The notes under the pieces are model-generated. The model did not search any database and was not told the origin of the DNA. It worked only from the letters and a program-made list of their open reading frames with translations. A DNA stretch of 64,000 bases from Octopus sinensis (lineage: Eukaryota). The stretch is taken from NCBI RefSeq assembly GCF_006345805.1, contig NC_043004.1, positions 41,602,001 to 41,666,000 of the forward strand, in the 5' to 3' direction. This document shows, in pieces, positions 54,771 through 64,000 of the stretch. The translations under genes and the position numbers were made by a program. How positions within the stretch are numbered: the first letter of the stretch is position 1; every line of letters starts with the position of its first letter.

Positions 54771-55078
54771 GTATTTTCAATATCTATCTTTTATATTGTT
54801 TGAGGGATTACGCAGTACTTTTTAGCAAAATACATAATTACACATTTCTACTAGGAAACGTTCCCACTGACTTTAAAGTCTATGTGCATGAAGACACATA
54901 TATGTGTGAATATATGAGTGCAAAGCAAAAGGTAGTGAAAGCAGCGCTCGAATAGCAATGGTAAATTAAAATATAGTGTTCTATTGAAGCTGAAAACACT
55001 CCACGAAATATTATTCAGAATTTTATAAACAGTTTGCCAACTTTTCAGCTCCAATAGTTGAAAAATATAGATACATAT

Positions 55079-55142
<64 letters not shown>

Positions 55143-55775
55143 TCTTTTTCCTTTTACTATTTTTTATATATTCTTACACACCCACACGTATATATATGCA
55201 TATGTATATATATATATATATATATATATGCTCCAACTCGGGAGAAGTTTCCCAATCTCTCTGTCTTTTAACCACCATACGAATTTAGACAGGGTGGTGG
55301 AGTTGCGAATATCCTCGTATCTGGATGTTTGAATTAGACTGATTAAAAATTACATACTTCAACACACAGTTTTGAATTGAAAATTATGTATATATATAAA
55401 TATACGCATAATTTCTATTTCATACTCTGTGTTTCTTTATGTGTGTTTTCCTTTTTTTTTAGCAATGTAATTTATATTGTAAGTATTAATGAAAATAAAA
55501 ATTGTTTTTCAACATCCGTTGAGGATTCGCCAAACCGGAAATTGCTTCATATTTTTCTATAATTCAATCAGGAACGCATTCCTAACCATCCGTTTATTGT
55601 AATGTTGAAATTAAAGAAACATAAACAATTTGGAATTACACCTTTGAGATGTCTCAATTATTTTTTAATCTATATGTGACTTTCAGAATATGTGCTTCTG
55701 TTTCTGTGTCGTTTTATGAGCGTGCTTTTGTGCCTGTGCATACGTGCATATGTGTATGTATGTACGCATATATAT

Positions 55776-55835
<60 letters not shown>

Positions 55836-55853
55836 CATATATGTATGTATATA

Positions 55854-55898
<45 letters not shown>

Positions 55899-55900
55899 TG

Positions 55901-55937
<37 letters not shown>

Positions 55938-57228
55938 ACATATATATGTATGTGTGTGTGTGTGTGTGTGCGTGCATGTAAATGTATATATAAAATACAT
56001 ACACACACATATGTTCAGTACACACACATAAATAAACAACTACGAGAAAGACAGAGTGTCTGTATGTTTATACTGTTTCTGCGCATGTGCGAATCGATAC
56101 ACAGTCATTTACGTATACATGCGTGCGTTCCTGCATGTCTCCGTATTAGTGGATGTTAGCTTTGAATCAACAAATAATCCTTTGCAACCAGTAAACTATA
56201 TACATACACACACACACATATATTTTCAATTTTTTCTAGCGGCACACCGTGAAGTTTTACTCTCCTACTCGATACATCATTATCATTGTTGCTAGAAAAA
56301 GTAAGAAGAGTGAAGTGGGTCTCTATAAGATTTTAATTCAGAACTTCGAGTTAAAAACACTGATTATTGCAAACAATACAGTTCCGATATAACCATAGAC
56401 ATATTTTTAGATCAGCGTTAGTCGACTAAACCGAATCCGGCACTTGAATGATAGTTATTTTAATTGTCCATAGAAAGACAAAGACGTAAAATAGATGTTG
56501 GAAAGATATGAATATTAATAATTGCTTGAAAAGCATTTTCTTTGTTGCCCAATCGATTTTATTATTCATAAATACAAATTAAGGATGTTGTAAACAAATA
56601 CACTGAGAAGTCATTCCCTGACCAACAGAAGTTTCGTTAGATCGCACTGTTGCGTTTAAACTTTGCTTAACCGAAGCAGGCACATTGCCTCTTTTTTTTT
56701 TTTTACCAAATTTCTTATCAACTGTTAAAATTTCAGGGATAGAACTGTAGGTAATAGATTTTTATGAGAGTTCTCTTTTGCTACGTGTTTTATCATGTAT
56801 AACACGGAGAATAAGAATAGCTTTTGAATATCAACAAAGATTTGCATAATAATCACGAAATCACAAAGTTTATTGTACTACTTTTTCCTTTAATTTCAAC
56901 TGCGCTATATAAAATCTTATCAAGATTTTATAAAATATTATGAGCAATCATGAATAATGAAGCTAAATTGTAATAGCTATGGTTGTACAAAGGATCGAAA
57001 TATCAATATAGTCAGAATATCAATATAGTCAGAAGTGAAATTTGACTGTGGTGGTTTCTTGTGGTCTCAAATATCTTCATTTTGAATCAAGTTCCAATTG
57101 TAATCGCTTTTCGTTGTTTCATTCTACCTTCCTTGATATCATTTCTCTATCACTTGTATATCCAGAAGGAACCGTGTACCTCACCATGCTCTTCTGTTTC
57201 AACACGAATATTCGATAGAGCGAATTCG

Positions 57229-57648
57229 GGATCTTTTCGGTTTGAACGGCAGTTTTTTTCTAGCAATGTCATATGAAATTGTCACCCATAATTATGATCC
57301 TAGTATCGATCTATTGCATTTCAATGTCTTTTAGGGTTAGGGTTAGGGGTGGGGGTGGGGGAAAGGGTATCTTTTTTTCTTCACAAATGTAAATAAACCC
57401 AATCTGTTTCTTAAATGAGGGACATATTCATACGGTACAGAATGTTGTTTACCTCAATGGACGTCATTAATTGGTTGAAATTGCAGAAATTGAAGAAAAC
57501 AACAAATATCTTACAAACTATAGAATTTTCTCAATAAAGCCAAGAGAAAAAGATGTTTTATAAACACATTCTACCAGTATACGAAGTTTAAAATATTTTA
57601 GTTACCTAGAAATTATGTTAAAAACTGCCGTTCAAACCGAAATGATCC
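57229..57648 (+). mobile_element. MITE family copy 3
   Basis: Same TIRs; TSD CGAATTCG at 57221-28 and 57649-56. Confidence 0.95.
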
Positions 57649-57939
57649 CGAATTCGAAATGATAGGGAAATAGTTCAGCTAAGTGACATTATTCATTCCG
57701 TACTTCTGTGGCTTCATAATTTTCCACTTTGTTGTCCCTCACAAACATATTGATAACATTATCGAATTCTTTCCAGTGTTATTTCTCCTCCATTGTCATA
57801 AGTTTAGATGCAAACGTCTACTTGAACCGTTGTTCAACAAATACATTAGCAACAAATTTTTGTGTTGGACAACATCGGAAACGTTGCTCGTATATGTGCA
57901 AAAGCGTCACCTTTGCAAACCAACGTTGTGAAGAATCGT

Positions 57940-58361
57940 GGATCTTTTCGGTTTGAACGGCAGTTTTTTCTAGCGGTGCCATATGAAATTGTCACCCATA
58001 ATTATGACCCTAGTATCTATCTATCGCATTTCAATCTATTTTAGGGTTAGGGTTAGTTAGGCTTAGGGGTGGGGGTAAGGATATCCTTTTTTCTTCACAA
58101 ATGTAAATAAACCCAATCTGTTTCTTAAACGAGGGACATATTCATACGGCACAGAATGTTTTTTTTAGCTCAATAGACGTCACTGATTGGTTGAAATTGA
58201 AGAAAAAACAACAACAAATATCTTACAAACTATAGAATTTTCTCAATAAAGCCAAGAGAAAAATATGTTTTATAAACACATTCCACCAGTATACAAAGTT
58301 TAAAATGTTTTTAGTTACCTAGAAATTATGTTAAAAACTGCCGTTCAAACCGAAATAATCC
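57940..58361 (+). mobile_element. MITE family copy 4
   Basis: Same TIRs; TSD AGAATCGT at 57932-39 and 58362-69. Confidence 0.95.
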
Positions 58362-60166
58362 AGAATCGTTTATCAGGCCAAGCAATAGTAGAAGAATTTT
58401 CTGAACGGATACAAGAGTTTTGTACATTACATTTTGAGTGTCTGGATGCAGAGCCGAATTTTGTTGCCATTCTCTCTTCACATGAGCATGATACATTTTT
58501 TCTTTCCAATCTTCATTACGATCCATCTTCGTTTGTTGATTGAAAAGTTGGATATGTACATGGAATAAGAAGTTTCTCCTCGTGTAATATTGGCGCATTT
58601 AAAGATAGGAAGTTTGTATCGACCAGTTTCTTCCTGGCATGTAACTTTTTATATACAGACACGTCGACCATACAGAAAGAAAGTCGTTAAGATAGTTTCT
58701 CGGGTCTTGGTAAATTTCCTGCTGCCACTTATTCATAAGTCTAGTGTAGATTTACATTTATAAATTACACGAGGAGCCCAAGGCTTTTAATGGGACTGTC
58801 GAAATACATTTCAAATACGGATTTGGTACTCAGCAAAATAACATGTTTGAGGCTAATGTAATATCCACAAACGCATAACAAAAGAAGTCAGTTGACATCT
58901 TTCACTGTCTAGAAGCATCATTGTATTATCTGTAACAGTCAAGCACAAAAATTAATGCAAGGAAAACAAATATGATACGAACAGAACATTGAAAGATTCC
59001 GTGATTCTTCGTAATTTTCTACTTGTACGTTTCTTAGTTTTCAAAGCACAACTTACTTGAATACCTGTAAAAACTACTCTTATATACTATTTATAATAGA
59101 ATATTCCAGAACAATAAATTATACATTACCATCAAATGTTTTATAAACGTGTAAGTATATCTTTTCGGATCGCTCGTGAAGTCTATTGCTTTATATTCTA
59201 TTAATGGTAACTCATTGTTATGTGGCTCATTGTGTGATGAAATTTTCAATGGATCAGCATTAGTAAAGTCTGCTATTTTCCTATTTTCTTTTCAGGAAAG
59301 AACTCAATAGAAACAGATGTCTGATACGAGTGTAATTTCAACACAGACTAGTATACATAATAGAAAATAATTCATGATATGACTGACAAAATATTGATGC
59401 TATTATGGAAAAAGTTTTTCAGCCGTGTTCAGTGTGTTGGAAATATACAAGAAACAAGAATGTCAAGGGAATAATTCTCTGCTGCGTAATGTAATTAATT
59501 CACATTACATGAATCTTTTATATAATATCAGAGAACAATATATGTTTTAGCTCAATCAAGAAGTTATTAGTTTTTTAAAATACAATTTAATATAATAAAA
59601 CATACATTATCTTAAAAACAATGAAATGTAGTTTGAATATCATTATGTATCATTTGTGCTTAATTCATTTTGGCATCATAAAAATATACAAACAGTAGAA
59701 AGAAAGCACAAGTATTGCGGTTTTCATGATATTATCTGGAGCTTTAAGGACGTAAACGGATAATTTGAAAGTAATTTCGATGGACATAACCGAGGATTGA
59801 AACCAGTTCATCTTCTCAATTTTTCAGGACCATCCATCTGTGCACTAAGGCGATGAGGGGTAAAGGGGGTCTCTTTAACGAAGAAACTCATCCTACGGAT
59901 CCTTATCCTATTTACCCAGGCAGCACAACCAACTCCCCAGCATTCCAAACATTATTAATCACCCCAACAATTTATTCCAACGAAGAAACCCTAACCACGT
60001 GCTCCCAACCAGTTTACCCAGGCAGCAACACCAACTTCCCAGCAATCCCAATATAATAAGTACCAATAATACTGATTTAATTAATAACAATAATAACACC
60101 AATAATAACTTATACCAACCAAATTACAATAAACATTTTTAGACCAAGTGGAGAGAACAGGGACAC

Positions 60167-62760
60167 ATGTTGGAACAAAGCGTACAGGAGAAACCCAAAG
60201 TAATTAACTTATCAAAGAAAACTCTCTCTATAACAAAAATCAATATACTAGTCAAAGGCTTAAAGTTTATTCCAACCCCACGAAGATCTAACTATAATGA
60301 AATTAAAGATAATATTTCAGAATTCTACAGAAAGCTACTACTCGCAGAAGCACTGACTACAACAATGAAGATGAATCACTAGTCAAAACCAGAATTACCT
60401 TCCACATAAGGGTAGGAATAAAACACTGGATGACTTCTGCGACCATATTCAAAATTTCCCTTATACATCCAATAAACGAAAGATTAATCCGAACCTGAAC
60501 AATCTAGAATGAAAAAATCTACAAAACAACAAAGACCTGACAATTAAAGAAGCAGATAAAGGAAGTGCTGTAGTTCTGATGGACACAGAACACTATAAAA
60601 AACTAGTATTATCCATACTAGAAAACGAGGCCTTCTACGAAAAAGTTATAAACTATAAACAACAAAAAACAATGAAAAGTCTTGCATCCTTAGTTCTTCT
60701 ACATGGAAAAGGCCTGACAGAAAAAGAAATAGACTACATCACGAACTTCAAATGCAAAACCAATCTTATTTACGGCCTTCCTAAAATACACAAGAGCAAG
60801 ATAATCAATGAAGCCTGCAAACATTCACCAGGCAAATGCATAAATATCCAAACGCCAGAAGACTTAACTTTAAGACCCATTGTAGCTGGGCCAGCCTGTG
60901 AAACCCACCGCCTAAGCAATTTTCTAGACATCCTACAGAAACCCTTGCTGAAATACATCAAAAGTTTCATTAAAGATGATTTAGACATGCTAGAACACCT
61001 AATGAAGAGGCAATATTGGTTACCCTCGATGTTATCAATCTTTACACCAACATATCCCATGACTATGGAATAAAAGCAATTAAATTCTGGCTGGAAAAGT
61101 ACTCAGAAGTACTCCCAGAACGCATATATAAGATCTTTATCATTGAATCTTTAAAATTTATACTTCAGAACAATTATTTCCTATTTGATGATACTATCGT
61201 CAGAAATGCGGAATTGCGATGGGGACGAAAGCAGCCTCTGTTCTTGCGAACCTAATAATGGGTTATTTTGAATTCACTTTATATGAAGTACCACTTCAGA
61301 AATATGGTTACACATTTTACCTCTACATAAGAGAAAATTGGAAAAGATACCTGGATGACTGTTTTATCATTTGGAAGTAGAACATCGACAAACCTTTGGA
61401 TTTCAAATCAATACTTAATGATATAAATTGTAACATTCAATTCACAATGGAATATAACAAAGAACAACTCCCATTTTTAGACATCATGATAAAAAATGCA
61501 ACAATCAAATCCTAACTGAAATCTATTATAAACCAACTGATTCAAAACAATATCTCCTCTTTAACGCATGCCACCCGAAACACATCAAAATAAATATCCC
61601 TTTCAATTTGGCAAAAAAGATTTGCACAATAGTGTCTGATAGAACTACTCGGGACCTTCGTCTTCCAGACCTCAAAACAACGCTTACTGAAAGACAATAT
61701 CCATCCTCACTTATCGACAAGGGAATTAAACATGCCAAACAATTAGACATAAAAATACTAAGAACAACAAAACATAACACTACACCTCATCTCAAAATAT
61801 TACTATTTATATCAACACACAACCCCAGAAACAGTGAGGCATTCAACACTATTGTGCAAAATCTTTCTTTACTAACTAGAGATCCAAAAATGAACGACAT
61901 CCTGAAAACACACAAACTCATCAAATGCAAAAAGCAAGACAAATCGCTAAAGAGACTACTAACAAATGTGAAGCTTTACAAAACAACCACGAAACCTACG
62001 GTTGAAAATGTGGACGCCCAAACTGTGGAACCTGCACCAACCTGCTTGAAGGCTCAGATTTCCTTTTCAAACAAGGACAGAGGTTTACAATTAAAGCTAG
62101 TTTCACTTGTGCCTCTGACAACCTCATGTAATAACCTGCTCGGGTTGCACACACAACTATATTGGAGAGATGAGTATGACCTTGAGAAAGAGAACCACTC
62201 TACATAAAGAGCAAATCCGTTTCCCGCAATACAGGAAAATTCTTCCCAGTGAACATATAGAAAAATGTGCCGATAACATCAAGCCAAATTTCACAGTCTT
62301 CCCCTTCTATCAGTGCAAAGACACAATCTATCCACAAGAACGTTTAAATAAAGAAACTTTTTTAATTGAAAATACAGAACATGTCTTAATATGCACGCAT
62401 AACCAACTTTTATCTTTTTACATATTTCAATTCACGATTACATCATTGTACATAAATCCCCTTACTAAATAAGTTTTTCGAAACCTTTTTTTGGCTGTAC
62501 ATATGTATTCCCTTCCCCTTAACGAAAGCTGAACTTGTTATCTCCCTTGCTCAAAACAATAACAATAATAACGATAACCAATTACCCCCCCCCCCTTAAG
62601 TTTCTACCTGTGAAGTCATTCACTCGTAAATATCATCACACACATGTACAAAATTTCTTCTTAAGAAAATACATATTCAAATAAGTAAAATATAATATCA
62701 TGAATAGAGATAGCGAAACCGGTCGATATATTAAAAATTATATTAAAACTATGTAAAGTG
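60167..62760 (+). mobile_element. Penelope-like element 2 (AT-rich; RT + Cys-rich linker + GIY-YIG), decayed
   Basis: KGLKFIPTP, IKEADKGSAVVLMD, YGLPKIHK, LRPIVAGP, LDVINLYTNI, RYLDDCFIIW, YYKPTDSKQYL, GRPNCGTC, CSGCTHNYIGE. A degenerate HHR lies at 62695-62729. Confidence 0.92.
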
Positions 62761-62835
62761 TGCGTATTTTCCTTTTTTAATTTCTTATATACAACTCATG
62801 TGGGGATAGTCGAAATTCCTCCTTTGTGTTACTAT

Positions 62836-62923
<88 letters not shown>

Positions 62924-62950
62924 CAAAAGCGGGGGTGTATTTCCACGCAG

Positions 62951-63835
62951 GAAAAATATAGGAAAATTTGTTGTTGAAAATACACCTGAATTTAAAAAGT
63001 TGTTATGGTTTTCAAATAAACATATTTTCATACATAACAAACTAGTTTCAACAATATTTTTTGTTCATCAATGGTAAAAAAATAGAATTGCAAAGTAGAA
63101 AAACATGTTTAAAAGATTCAATGTTTACAAGGTTCGATAATATCAAATATGATTTCAATGTTCACAACATTGAATTACATAAAAAATGGGGATCACCAAA
63201 GTTTCGGTCATACTGAGTTAAGAAAGAGAAAACAAGGGAGAAATGAAAATAGTAAAAAAAGGGATTTGTTACAGATTTTGTAGTTCTTTTCCCTTCGTGT
63301 GCTGGGATTTTCGCTTGTAACGGCATTTTTTTTTCGTGAACGGATCTGATTTTTGATTCGTTAAAGTACTGATGATATCATTTTTTTTTTCTGGCGGACT
63401 ACTTTGTCGTTCTGCCTGCTTGACTTTCCTTTGGGGAACGGTCATCAGCCGTTCAAGTTGGTTGATTTTCTTAACGGGTCATTTTGTTGTCTCCCTTGTT
63501 TTTCTCCTTTTTAACTCAGTATGACAGAACCTTTGGTGATCCATATTTCTTATCGATCACTTCTAACATTATTGAATTTTGTGTATTTAAACAAGATGAT
63601 CCACATTCTTCTTTATATAATTGAATGTTATGAACATTTAAATCATATTTAATTTTATTGAATCTTGTAAATATTGAATCTTTTAAACATGTTTTTCTAT
63701 TTCGCAATTTAATATTTTTACCATTGATAAACAAAAAATATTGTTGAAACTAGTTTGGTATCTATGTAAATAAATTTACTTAAAAACAATTACAAGTTTT
63801 TCAAGTTCAGGTGCATTTTCAACAACAAATTATAA
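62951..63835. pseudogene. Pair of diverged, convergently oriented paralogous coding-like segments (62951-63270 on plus; 63480-63835 on minus), unknown product
   Basis: Open frames 63046-63216 (+, 56 aa) and 63516-63749 (-, 77 aa) align without frameshift. They share the stop and differ by a 63-nt in-frame indel. Confidence 0.45.
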
Positions 63836-63877
63836 ATATAACAAAATATAAATTATTAAGGTGGCAATTCGCAATTT

Positions 63878-63906
63878 ACATCTATCTATCTATCTATATA
63901 TCTATC

Positions 63907-64000
<94 letters not shown>
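63878..64000. repeat. (TATC)n array running off the window end
   Basis: Directly visible. Confidence 0.95.

Larger units (their letters stand above)
57100..58930 (-). pseudogene. Decayed CMC/Chapaev3-like transposase, split by two MITEs
   Basis: After removing the MITEs, the minus strand gives KPWAPRVIYKC (58768-85), FCMVDVSVY, LGLIKRFFTTLVCKGDAFAHIRATFPMLSNTKI, WKEFDNVINMF..NKVENYE and EEHGE (57180-94). This resembles the WAPH..C / LHIKLGL / SDEHGERFHQ motif series of this family (recalled, not searched). Confidence 0.6.

Noticed and set aside
57340-57366. TTAGGG repeats as an interstitial telomere or fusion scar
   Set aside because: Only 2-3 units, present at the same internal position in all four MITE copies.
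63363-63454. Two CTGATGA motifs (63369 on plus; 63442-48 on minus) as hammerhead or C/D snoRNA cores
   Set aside because: The first has a flanking stem but no GAAA or D box. The second sits as the loop of a GAACGG/CCGTTC hairpin without stem III.

Overview
AT-rich, microsatellite-dense animal genomic DNA with (TA)n, (CA)n, (TATC)n, (GA)n, (CAT)n and (ATT)n arrays. The microsatellite load and SINE types resemble an octopod cephalopod genome (inference). No host protein-coding gene is recognisable, and most ORF-track entries are translated microsatellites. The interpretable content is mobile DNA: two long Penelope-like elements (PLEs; RT plus GIY-YIG), PLE fragments and solo terminal repeats, a Tx1/L1-clade LINE, a decayed RTE LINE, a Tc1-like transposon, a decayed Chapaev3-like transposase, four copies of a ~410-bp MITE each with a perfect 8-bp TSD, and about a dozen tRNA-derived SINE copies. 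The standout is at 4297-5235: a non-coding ~351-nt unit repeated >1.3 times in each arm of a ~940-bp palindrome. It carries a canonical type I hammerhead ribozyme (HHR) and folds extensively by eye, which fits a non-LTR retrozyme (putative circRNA-templated retroelement). In total I found ten HHR or HHR-like motifs, many in elements abutting (TA)n like the PLEs, suggesting a PLE-driven ribozyme retroelement ecosystem. All alignments and folds were done by eye; none were computed or searched.
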